Source of the DNA: Lepidodermella squamata
Taxonomy: Eukaryota > Animalia > Gastrotricha
Assembly: GCA_047495785.1 (NCBI GenBank)
Contig: JBLDXI010000020.1
Coordinates: 1,736,001 to 1,800,000, forward strand
DNA: 64,000 nucleotides
Direction of reading: 5' to 3'
Part shown: piece after piece, positions 52,584-63,339 of the stretch
How positions within the stretch are numbered: the stretch's first letter is position 1
Layout: each line of letters starts with the position of its first letter
The notes under the pieces: model-generated
What the model saw: only the letters and a program-made list of their open reading frames with translations
Told to the model about the DNA's origin: nothing
Database searches by the model: none
Made by a program: the position numbers and the translations under genes

Positions 52584-55500
52584 ATGAAAAACTGTGAGGT
52601 AAGTCTATGTCGACTCATCAAAATTATCCGCGTTAAATTTTTTGCTCAAGATTTGCTTGCACTCAGACAAGGCGATCGTCCACAGGTTCGGAATCGATAT
52701 CTGCGAAGCCTGCAAGGTAAATTTCATGTCCCCTAACATTCAGTTTTGTCTGATTTTATTTAGGAAAAAAATCCACCTTAATGAAAAAAGCATTAATTAA
52801 TTTTGATTATTTTCGTAGAAATTTTTCGTGCGCAATCGCTCGGTCGATGTTGAAACTTTGCCGTGCCGCAACGATGGCAAACAGACGTGCCTTATAAACG
52901 CCGATATTCAAAGGGCGCCATGCCCCCGCTGCCGGCTAGCAAAATGTTTCGCCCTTGGCATGAGCAATTTTTCCAAACACCGAAAATGTAAATAATTTGA
53001 TTTTTAGTGATTAATAGGGTGTGCCAAGTGCGCACCCTAAATTTAGGGTTCCAGCACTAAATTTGAGACTCCAGCACTAGATCCCCCCCTGAGTATGGTT
53101 TTTCGAATTTATAGTCTTCACTAGAATCTCAAATTTTTCGTTCTTATCGATTGACCTTCATATTACGCGAATTTTGCACTATGAGCGGTCAGTTTACGAA
53201 TTATACTTTATCCTATGGAGCCGATATCGATTCCAAGTATCGATTTTACAAATAAGTGATTTTCCCGATATCAGCCGTCTTGGAACCCAACATCGATAAT
53301 TTTTCTGCGTAGCTTAGAGCACCATGTAGCTAGAATAAAAATCCTAGGATCAGGGAAGGCACATGCATCGATAAAAAACCGAAAACACCGAAATCGCAAA
53401 GAATCTGATAAATGTAGTGCCATGACGCGCAAATTTAGTGCTGGAAATATTTTGACCCTAATTAGTATCTCCTATTTTTTTTGAAATTTAGATTCAGGAA
53501 AATTACCTGCTCCTAAGGACGATAATGAAAATGAAGCCGCCGGTGAATCTAGTACTCGTAAATCGTCGAAAGTCGCGAGGACACCGAAAAAGGACATATC
53601 GCCGAAAAGCGAGCCGAAAACGCCGGTCACCGAGGGAACATCGACTGATGTAAGCCCGATCGTTGCGTCATCATCGCCATCTTCGCCGCCAGCAGTAGTG
53701 AGACCCAGGGCGGAGTCGAATTCGGGCCAAAATCTAGCCAAAGAATTATTGTCAAGCGACGTTCCCCCATCGCCTGTTTGCCTATCTTCAGTTAAAGCTG
53801 AACGCTTTCTTCGCGGCGCTGTTGAATCAGCAGCTGAATTGGCTCCTTTGCAAAGCGTGAGAAAAAAATGAAAAAATGCGCACAAAATTTGTCGACTCTG
53901 TTACTAAATTTTTCAGCTTGAAGTTGACGAGAGCTTTCTGGACTCTCCGTTCTCCTTGAACGACCATCAAGAAGAAATGCTTATATGGATCAGTGGTATG
54001 AGAGCTTTCGAGTGGACCATACCATTTCTTGCCAATTTCTTTCAGTCTTTGCCAGGTATAACAGCAAATTGACATTTAATGAATTTACTGTTATTTTTTC
54101 CTTAGATTTTGGCTGCCTATCTCGGGTCGAACAGTGGCATTGCGTGAATAGATCGCTTAGCTCAATTTCTCTCGCTCAAATTGCGCTTCATTTTCGGACA
54201 AAACCCGGCTTCACGCCATTTTACGGATTTTCTGCGAGGCTTCGAGAACGCTGGCTCAAGTACTTTCCGTACTATCGAGTTTGCATGATTTTGTTTTACA
54301 ATTTCTTCAATTTTTTGGCTATATTTCTCAGAACACTGACGTTGGCACCGAGTATCTCGCAACTTTTTTCAACAATTGGAACATGTCTTTCGTTGAATTT
54401 GCTTTCATTTGCGCTCTCTTCGTAGTCCGAGGTGAGTCAAATTTGTCATTTTTCGAATCGTGGGATAAAAATTGATGCCACTCGGACATTATTTTAATTT
54501 GGGCAATTTTCTCGTGGGCCAGTAGAGTGTCTTGCCCAGTTATTTCCGCTGACATGTTGTCATAAACACCCAAGTTGAAAATGATGAAATTTATAATGCC
54601 TAATTTTTCGCTAATTTATTTTGACCTAGGTTAATAAAACGAGGGTACGTGATAATACAGTGTGTCCGTCAAATAATATGAGGCTATTTATAGTCCAAAA
54701 GCAACAGCAAGCGTGGCGCGTGCCAGATCTGGTGTCTCATTTTTTTCATGAGATGCAAAAAATAATACGTCAATGAAATCTAAAGCTTTATTTACTACTG
54801 CTAGTTAAAATTTGTGTGCATCGGCTAGTGTTGATGGTTAAACTTTCTTCGTCTTAATTCTTTCAGGTGATAGAGAAGGTGATGTTCTGACCATCATGAA
54901 TGCTCATATTTTCCTCTTAACGAGCCGCGCCTTTAAAAAATTATCTCAACTATCAGGTTCATCTCCGTCATCATCATCTTCTCCCTCAGCCGTTTCAGTT
55001 TTTTGTTTGGCAAGGGCCATTTTGAATTCCGCCATGGCCAGTTTTACAAACCGCTTTTTTGGAATCGGGTTTCCCCTTTTTCGCGTACATCGACTTGTCC
55101 ATCGACTTGGGTCTTCAACAGCCGCGGGACATTTTCTAAATTTTGTTTCGTAATCTTGCATGTCTAATTTAATAACTGCCGTTGAAGCATAAAATGCAAC
55201 AAATGCAACAAATGCAATGAAAGCAACTAAAGCAGTTTCCATTACGACCTGGTATTCTGTTTGAAATAAGTTCCGCGTTTTGAAATAAAGGGGGAACGTC
55301 GCTTTCGCCAATTTGTGTAGCATCCGGGGCGCTATCGGCTAACCGTTATATACGTGAATTTCACATACCCGCAAGAATACGTCCAATGGCTAGTACAAAC
55401 AGTTTTAACTGAATTGGATCAGAAAATTTGCTATTAAATCGCAGTTAAATGGTTATATTTTTTCCAGATATTAGGTTGACATTGTTGCGCGTTTGATCTT

Positions 55501-57507
55501 ATTGCATGAATATTCAGGGCAACTCGTTGTCCCCAAAACTTTAGTAATGTACAAAGCTCGCAGGTGAAAATCCCGAAGCTAATGCTTTCGTTCCGAAGAA
55601 TGTTCTTTATCTTGATTAAATAATACAAATTTTGGCGGAGCAATAATTGATATTATTCCAGCAACGAACAACACTAGCTGTACTATCATTCAGTGCTGCG
55701 TTTTTTTTGCCTCGTGCACGACTCGTGAACAGGCGCAATTAAAATGCTATATTTAGGCTCATATTATTTGACGGACACACTGTATTTGCCGTTATCCTCT
55801 GGTTTTGAGACACGCATTTGATAGGATTGTTAGGATCCGCAAGATAAGTATTATTATGAGTTGTCACCCGAATTGGCATGTTTGGGAGTTTTATATAAAC
55901 CCTGACATGCAATCACCTGTTACTGGAAATTAATTTTAGGTTGATGTTAATAAAATGTCAGATCAAATCGATGCCCTAATGTCAATTAGGCAGTTTATTT
56001 TCTTGTGTCCTGAAAACGGATAGATCTCGATGTTTTGTTCAATTTATGAAAAATAGTTTTTTCAATACTGAGTAGAAATTCCTAAATTCCGCCGCTGCGA
56101 CCTAACTTCGGCCACCGTTTGCCTAGGCGAATTTGACCGCATCCAATTTTAGGTAACTGGATGACGTGGCCGAAGTTCGGTTCTCCTCCGGCCAGTTGAC
56201 TAAAAAATCATAGTAAAATCGTCTTGACTCGCGGAAACCGGCATTTGATAGCCCGAGAACTCCTCAATAACATGTTTTGGCCAATTTTCCCCTAGAAATT
56301 CTCCTAGCTGGCAAAGTAGGAATAACCCAAAAAGTGGCCGAATTTAAAGCAGGATTCTCTAGGTCAGCGGATTGATAGGTAAGTCGTTTCGGAAACAAAA
56401 AAATGATCGATTCATCAGCAATTGATTTTCAAATAAATTTCAAAATTTCGTTGTCTTGTCGCGTTTGCTGTTTTGACGGTCTGCCGGTTGAAAGCCCAGG
56501 CTTCTATAATATGAAAAAATATATCAACTTTCCGCCACAATTTAAGAATACCTTGTTGAGGAAATAGGTTGAGGAAAGAGGTTCAAAAATATTTCCCGGG
56601 GGATACGAAGAGTAGGATACACAAGCCAAAGGGCTAATATATACTCCCGAGTTACACCAGACTAGAAAACCAAATTTTTAGATTTTCCTGCCATTAATAC
56701 CATGCATAGAACCCTACGAGCCAAGAAAAACGTCGTTGTCCGTTTCTCAAAATTCGATCTCAGTGTCGAGAAAAAACATTAAACGTGATTGGGTGTTTTT
56801 GAGGATTTCGAAGGAGCGATAAATGTCTCGTTGGCAATAATTGATACCTGCGCCATTTGGCATGTCAAACGCTGAAACTTGGCAGGATGACGTAACAGAG
56901 GTTAATAAAAAATCTCCTAAACTGTGTTTCGGGAATTGTCGACCCAGCACTCGAACCAGGCTCTGGGCTTTGAACCAGCCTATTTTTATCAGCTTTCATT
57001 CAACCGGGTTTTTCGGGCTGTAGTCCATAGTTTTATAAGACGGCATTAGCACCATCGAAATCAGCGTCGAATTTCGCAAATTTCCCGCTCAAAAACCCTC
57101 TTTGTAAAGTTCACCGTTTCCAAGATATGATTTTTCAGCGTAATATCATTTATTATGACGCATTATTTATTATTTCAGATGAAGGAGATGTAAGTTCAGC
57201 CAATTCATCGTTGGCCGAAATTCGGGCGGGTCTAGTCGATGCTTTGCAAATCTACCTGCGAAACGTCTCCGGTTGCGATCCGCTCCACGTTGAAGCTTGC
57301 ATGTCTCGCATATTCGAAGTTGTCCGCGTACTTTCGGCCCTGCAAAACGAAACATTTTCGGCAATCATTCAAGTGGCGATGGCTCGGCCCGAGCTTCAAA
57401 CCGAATCGCAGCAGTGGGCTTCGATTTATGAAGAGAAAATTAAGCAGAATAATTCGGCCGAAAACCAGCAGGACGTTCAGAGTGAAAAACTAGATGATAA
57501 AAGCTGA
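52584..57507 (+). CDS. Nuclear hormone receptor B (about 451 aa; exons 52584..52598, 52651..52716, 52819..52987, 53492..53856, 53917..54055, 54106..54278, 54332..54431, 57179..57507)
   Basis: Hand-spliced MKNCE|ICLHSDKAIVHRFGIDICEACK|KFFVRNR..CRNDGKQTC..CPRCRLAKCFALGM; LBD FFQSLP|DFGCLSRVEQ..KYFPYYR|..NWNMSFVEFAFI..; all seven introns GT-AG with consistent phase; colinear with receptor A. Mostly missed by the ORF track. Confidence 0.88.
53035..53460. repeat. Intronic interspersed element; an inverted homolog of its left end lies at about 63062-63122
   Basis: TGCCAAGTGCGCACCCTAAATTTAGGGTTCCAGCACTAAATTTG matches the reverse complement of CAAATTTAGTGCTGGAACCCTGAGTTTAGGGTGCCCACTTGGCA; internal inverted AAATTTAGTGCTGGAA at about 53431. 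Confidence 0.6.
54658..55782 (-). mobile_element. Internally deleted pogo/Tc1-mariner superfamily transposon in the last intron of receptor B
   Basis: TA|CAGTGTGTCCGTCAAATAATATGAG ... CTCATATTATTTGACGGACACACTG|TA (25-bp perfect TIR). Internal ORF 54946..55323 has RKCPAAVEDPSRW..RKRGNPIPKKRFVKLA, resembling a degenerate CENP-B/pogo HTH; no DDE domain seen. Confidence 0.8.
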
Positions 57508-57888
57508 GAATATTTTTGCTCATGTGTGATGTTTATCTGGTGAAAAATTAGTTTACTCTCGATAAAACAAACAAAAAACCGGCTGAACCTAACTATTTAC
57601 TGGCAACAATCCTGTTTAACTTGTCTTTATTGTCGGCTGAAATTTCGATATATAATGCTGTGAAATTATTTGTTGTTTTGTAAACAAAAAATTGGCCATA
57701 TAGTTCAGCATAAAAAGTACGATCATATTATAAACTTTTTTTTTGCAAAATTTTTCGACGAGTGAGCAGGTAAAATATTTATTGTGCCTTATAATCGTGG
57801 AAAGTAATAACATTTAGACCAGGGTTATTCGAGAGGAAGGAGGGGAAAATTATAGAATTATTTTGCTAAAATTGAACGCTGAAATTCT

Positions 57889-58257
57889 TCATAGAGCTAC
57901 GGGCCTCTGACGTAATTTGTTGATCGCCTCGATGATAGTTTTATCGTCGACCTCAGCACTGAGATCATCGATTTCATCGCTGCCTTCTTCAGCGCGTAAT
58001 AAATCGATGATTTGCTGCTGCGATTCGGGTGATAATTGGTCGAATTCACCGATGTCAGCCTCGTCGAACAGCTCATCTCCCAATTCGTCCTCGTCGCTGT
58101 ACGACAGCAATTCGTTGAAAAACGCGTCTTCCAACTCGGGCCGAGTCAATTTCGACAAGTCAGCCGCCGCTTCGTCGACCTGCTTACCGCTGATTTCCTC
58201 AGCTGCCGCGATGGAGGCAACAAAAATGGCGGCGAAAATTACGAAAAACTTGTTCAT
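57889..58257 (-). CDS. Secreted highly acidic small protein (122 aa)
   Basis: Clear signal peptide MNKFFVIFAAIFVASIAAA; D/E-rich body; C-terminal TIIEAINKLR similar to TIIEALNERY of its neighbour. Confidence 0.8.
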   Translation of the reverse strand: MNKFFVIFAAIFVASIAAAEEISGKQVDEAAADLSKLTRPELEDAFFNELLSYSDEDELGDELFDEADIGEFDQLSPESQQQIIDLLRAEEGSDEIDDLSAEVDDKTIIEAINKLRQRPVAL

Positions 58258-58293
58258 TATTTTATTTATTCTAAAAATCTTAAGGTAGAATTT

Positions 58294-58626
58294 TTATTTA
58301 TAAAGTTTATAGCGTTCGTTGAGTGCTTCTATAATAGTGATTGGTTTAGAGCCTGGCTGATAAAAAGTTTTGTCCTTATTGCTACCAAATCGCAGGAGTA
58401 AACGTTCGAAAGCATCGCGAGTCCGCTGCTGGTTCTTTTTATTGGGACGGGGCGGTGATGACGAGCCAGTTCGCCGCTCCACACTTGCGTAGATTTCGGC
58501 CGATGACGCTATTGCCGCTTGATCCGGCAGATTTACCACGGTGGCGGGCTCCGCAGGGCACGTGCACGAAGATGCGACGGCTAAAGCCGTGGCGAGTAGG
58601 AATGCCGACGCTGTAATTGACACCAT
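58294..58626 (-). CDS. Secreted peptide-precursor-like protein (110 aa) with LLLRFG motif
   Basis: Signal peptide; basic sites (RR, KK); FERLLLRFGSNK; ends TIIEALNERYKLYK*. Confidence 0.75.
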   Translation of the reverse strand: MVSITASAFLLATALAVASSCTCPAEPATVVNLPDQAAIASSAEIYASVERRTGSSSPPRPNKKNQQRTRDAFERLLLRFGSNKDKTFYQPGSKPITIIEALNERYKLYK

Positions 58627-58946
58627 GAAGAATAATTTGAAAATAATTATATTATCGCGATCAAACGATTTAGAGACGAATAATAAATTTTTCGAATTTC
58701 TATTTTTATTATTATTTATTTTGTTTTATAACGTCACTCGTCCTCATGCGGAGCGGATATCCCTGCCGTGATGAAATATTTGCCAATGTGACCTGGATGT
58801 GTCAATTCAAGTCCGGTCAGGGCGATATTATAGGCAATAAAAAGAAATCTAGGCCACGCATTTTACGATGACACACAAAGCGTAGGCCTCGCCAGGGAAA
58901 TAATGAAAATAATTTATAAAAATTGCAGGAATGAATTGTTATAATT

Positions 58947-59420
58947 TCAGCGTCCGAACAATGAGTAACGTTGACCAAGCAGTTGCTTGACAGCCTCTTT
59001 GTTGCCGCCCTCTGACAAGGCTGATGATCCGGGTTTTGGCATGTTGATAAGCCTGTACAGCCTATTGATGACCGCGTCTTCGCTAACAGCGCTCTTCTTG
59101 ATCGTTTTCTCTTTTTCGACATGTTTCTCCTGTTCATCTGGTTTCAAGTGATGACTGCCAGAGCGGAGGTACACAATTCGCCGGTTTTGCTCAGCCGGCG
59201 CGGCGGCTAGAATTTCGTGAAAGCTCCGCGGGGTGTAGGCCTCGTTAGACATCAAAATTTCATTAGCGTCGTTGTCGAAAAGGTCGATTGCTCGCCGGTA
59301 TCTCGCTAGTGATGCCCCGTGCGACAGGTGTGACAGTGAAGAGACGGTGAAGAAAATCATGAGCCAGAAAGCTGAAATCAGCCGGCAGCTTTCTTTCGCG
59401 TCAAAACCCAACATGGCCAT
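58947..59420 (-). CDS. Secreted peptide precursor ending in -QRYSLF-GR (amidation signal)
   Basis: Signal peptide, furin-type RYRR site, internal VYLRSG, C-terminal G-R-stop. Confidence 0.8.
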   Translation of the reverse strand: MAMLGFDAKESCRLISAFWLMIFFTVSSLSHLSHGASLARYRRAIDLFDNDANEILMSNEAYTPRSFHEILAAAPAEQNRRIVYLRSGSHHLKPDEQEKHVEKEKTIKKSAVSEDAVINRLYRLINMPKPGSSALSEGGNKEAVKQLLGQRYSLFGR

Positions 59421-60274
59421 CACTGATAGCTAAAAGTTTAACAAGGTAGGTATCTAAATCAGGGAATGACAACGAATTATTCTATATAATCCCGAAAAAA
59501 TCAGCGGAGGCGTGGCTTAAAAGGTCATTTTTCCTCACAAATTACAAATCGCCTATGAAAGAGAGCAACGATCATTGATAACAGAATTCATGTGTAGTGT
59601 GACAGTGTGACCTTCGATTACCACTGATGAGTTTTAGAAGCGTCTGTTATAGTATCTATTTTTAGATTTTTCAAAATTATAGACAAACAACGTCTTACCT
59701 GCTATGACGTATTTTAATCAAAGATACTTACGGGGATATGATTGCGGATTTTTTCCCCCACTCCAGTGGATAAATTTACCGCGAAGATTTAGCTCTAAAG
59801 CTAATGGAGTAAAATCAATAAAATCTTTAATTTTTAACAAGCTGCATTTCGAAGAATATTTTCGTCAAATATTTACAGTAGGAAAGAGGACTGAAAAGTC
59901 TGCTAACGAAAGGAAAACAGAATTTTCGCGTTTTGGACATGAATTTTCATTCGTTATGAAGCCCCTAGCAGCCTGTTTTAATACATTCACGTGATTCAAA
60001 CTCTTTTCAGAGTAGGCGAGAGGTCAAATCAAAGTTCGTGAATTATTAAAATAAATCGAAAAATCCGTGTTTCACCTGCTGTAAAGCGGAAGCGTGGTTC
60101 CAATCGAAAACGACTCACGGCACTAATGGCTCTATTTATCGCTAAAAATGATTCATGATTTTCTACACCAACGAACAATTTTTATTTTTAAAATTTTTGC
60201 ACCAGGTTTTCCACTGGACATGATTATAAATAATATGGTATTTTAGTCGCGCATTATTCCTCGTGTTGTCGAAT

Positions 60275-60673
60275 TCATATTTTATACGATCGACCACCCT
60301 TGCTCATCGCAAGAGCCGAGCGCCATCGATGAACCGGCTCAGCCAGGCGTGGAATAAAGGGTGCTTGATCTCGCTCTTCATTCAGCTTAATTTCGCCCGA
60401 ATTTTCAAGAGCAGACGATTCGGTGGGCGATTCAGGGGTCATAATTGCCTCGCCAGGCTTCACGCGATTATTCAAAAATTTCGATGGCGTATAAACGGGT
60501 TTCGCGAATGAAATTGCCAGTGATTCGTCGTCCGCCGAATTTTCATCGCCGTAAAAATCGAATTTACCATCTCGGGTCTGGTGATCGGCAGCGTAATTGA
60601 AAATTGAAGCCATGTCCTGGGCTAAATTCGGCGCAATTATTGCGGCGAAAAAGATGACAATACTGAGATTCAT
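60275..60673 (-). CDS. Secreted peptide-precursor-like protein (132 aa), divergent member of the right-hand cluster
   Basis: Signal peptide MNLSIVIFFAAIIAPNLA; KPVYTPSKF motif shared with neighbours; TATATAAAGGGG about 55 nt upstream. Confidence 0.75.
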   Translation of the reverse strand: MNLSIVIFFAAIIAPNLAQDMASIFNYAADHQTRDGKFDFYGDENSADDESLAISFAKPVYTPSKFLNNRVKPGEAIMTPESPTESSALENSGEIKLNEERDQAPFIPRLAEPVHRWRSALAMSKGGRSYKI

Positions 60674-61156
60674 GATAAGCGAAAAATTATTTCAACTAAA
60701 ATTAACTAAAATTTAACAGCCCCTTTATATAACGATCAAAACAAAAACAAGGTAATCAAAACCGCGATTTATTAAAAAAAAAAATAGAGTGGATTAGGAT
60801 TCGGCGCACGTGGTTCATGGCCTGGACGATGTTTACTTGCGGTCCGCGGTGATAATTATGAGAGAAATTTTTAATCACCTTTCGGTCATATGGACAGGCC
60901 TACTTAAGAGTCCCAGATGCAATCTTGATGACGTTTTACTGGTACGGATTCCGGATGCAATTTTTAGGGAGTGTTAATTTCCTTGTCGGGTATATTAGCT
61001 GCTGTTTTTAAGAAAAATGCAGCCGTTAAAAATTCTTGAATACAATATTAAGTAGGGCAACAATTAAGCAGACCTCCCACGTTCCAATTTTATTAATTCC
61101 CACTCAAACACATAATTTCAATTGATGAAATTGCGAGGTTGAAAAAAGACAATTAT

Positions 61157-61513
61157 TCACCCGAAAACAGCCCAGGTGCGACTCATCAATTTCTTAACGT
61201 CATTCGGGTCGATTTCAATGTCATTTTTCGAGATGGGCCTCTTCAGCTTGAGTTCGATCTTTTTATTAGCTGCGTCATTGATCGATTTCGGCGATACCGC
61301 TGCTCCAAATCGAAGATAGGAAGAAATTGGTTTATCCGCCGATTTTACTTCTTTGAATCTTGATGGCGTGATAATAGGCGGTTGATTTGGGTCCATAGCC
61401 AAATTTTCTGAACTGGCAGGATCGCCATGAATTTCGATAACAATCGCTGGTTGTTGGCCAAAGAATTGAGGAAATTGATAAAATAAAACGATCAAGCAAT
61501 AAAAATTGTTCAT
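61157..61513 (-). CDS. Secreted AVF-G family precursor 1 (118 aa)
   Basis: Hydrophobic N-terminus; IITPSRF; SSYLRFG; ends DVKKLMSRTWAVFG*. Confidence 0.8.
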   Translation of the reverse strand: MNNFYCLIVLFYQFPQFFGQQPAIVIEIHGDPASSENLAMDPNQPPIITPSRFKEVKSADKPISSYLRFGAAVSPKSINDAANKKIELKLKRPISKNDIEIDPNDVKKLMSRTWAVFG

Positions 61514-61642
61514 TATTCTCCATAAAAATTGAATTTTTTTATTTCTCTGCTTTTATTTGAGTCGCGTGAGACCGCCATTCATTTATCGAGGATTTTTACA
61601 AATTATTTTATACACGCAAAATAAAAATAAAATTGCTGATTT

Positions 61643-62050
61643 TTAGCCGAAAACTGCGAAAGTACGACGAGCGGCTTTTTTCAACTCTTCATCGTTTGAA
61701 GATTTTCGGTTTTTCGCTTTTTTCAATAGCGACTGGTCCTGGATCAGAGTCTCTAGAATCTTCTTAAAAGCGTCCTCCTGAGATTTTTCCTTGTTATTGT
61801 CGTATGGCTTTGTTGTTACGAAATTGCCGTGCCGAAGCAGGGCTGGTTTTCTGCCTTCAGCCGCGGCTTTTGATCTTGAGGGTGATACAACTCTGTCTTG
61901 TTTAGGTTTGATTAAATAGTCGCCTCGGTCGAAGAATCCATCCTCCAAGGAATCACTCGGTAGTTCCAAGTAAAGAGGAATTTGTTCTGAAAATTCAACA
62001 AAAAATCCCAGCAGCAAGATAGCCGAAATGCTCACGAATTTGAATATCAT
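61643..62050 (-). CDS. Secreted AVF-G family precursor 2 (135 aa)
   Basis: Signal peptide; GFFDRGDYLIKPK; VVSPSR; ALLRHG; ends ELKKAARRTFAVFG*. Confidence 0.85.
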   Translation of the reverse strand: MIFKFVSISAILLLGFFVEFSEQIPLYLELPSDSLEDGFFDRGDYLIKPKQDRVVSPSRSKAAAEGRKPALLRHGNFVTTKPYDNNKEKSQEDAFKKILETLIQDQSLLKKAKNRKSSNDEELKKAARRTFAVFG

Positions 62051-63339
62051 TCTGTATAAAAATTATTGGAAATCTACCGAAAAAAAATAAAAAATGAGTT
62101 GCATAAATATACGACGAAAATTGGTGTTTTCGAGTCTAATTTTAGTCGGGGAGCTTAACTGCATTAATCCGAGGTGGCTTAATCATCGCTTAAAAACCTC
62201 AGAATAATTGCCTTCTTGAAATGGCTGTCGTCATCAGAAAAGCTTATATGAGTCGACAAATCACATTTTTGCCCGAATATCAACAGGAATAATTGGACAT
62301 TGGCGTAGCCGCAGTGACGCAAAAGGGAGAAAAACATTTCAAGTAAAAGATTTTCGTTCATCCCGATATAATCGACAAAAATCACGGCTTTGATCATCTG
62401 AATAGATGATGGGCCGTTATTTGATGAAATTCATATAAGATGAACGACTCTCAATATCGCAATTGAGTACGATGCTTACTATTTGTTATTCGGTGATGGA
62501 GAAAGTGATCGATAAGGATATAAGTGCCATGAGCAATAGAAACAGGTTCGAATATGAAGTGGCCGTGATGTTGAAGTAGCTTTTAAAACACGACATTTTC
62601 CTCTTAATTCAACGGAAGAATGAACGTTTGTTATGCGTTCAAAATCGGCTATATTTATCAGAGGGGGAGGAGGGGGTTCCAATTTCATCATGTGGCAAAC
62701 TCAGATTTCTCCAGTAAACTTCCTATAAAAATAGGGTCCCAATAGATTAAGCGGAAACGATTCTTCTATAAATGAAAGATAAACTTTTTGAACCTGGAGT
62801 TTTTACACGGGCCCTAAGCTATTTCGAACAAATTATTGATGTTTAGGCTCCAAAACGGTTAATATATCTGAAAATCACTGATTTGTAAAATCGATATTGA
62901 CTCTGCACTCACTCCTAAACTAGCCAAAAATCGATCATTTGAAATCAATTCAGCGAGCGCGGGAAATCCTATGTCCATTTGGTACTAGCATAAGGCATGA
63001 TAGCATTAAAAATTTAGATTCTAATGATGACATGAAACTTGAAAACCCTTATTTTGGGGAAGTCTAGTGCCAGAGTCCCAAATTTAGTGCTGGAACCCTG
63101 AGTTTAGGGTGCCCACTTGGCAAAACCAAATTGCAAGTTCCCGTAAAAGAGGCCGATCAAGATACCGATAAGCAATGTAGTAGCCAGCCTTCATAATTTA
63201 TTTCCAATCGATTGCCACAAAATTGCCAGACTTCGAGCTATATTTGGCACACCGAGTTGCAACAATTTATTTTTCAACAATAAAAAATGGAAATGTTATG
63301 TACAATTAATGACGTATTAGAAGCAATAAAAAGGTTACG

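Noticed and set aside
55180-55243. Apparent signal peptide (METALVAFIAFVAFVAF) suggesting a secreted cargo gene in the transposon
   Set aside because: The hydrophobic run comes from a short 9-nt tandem repeat (AAATGCAAC-like); the downstream part is better explained as a transposase remnant.
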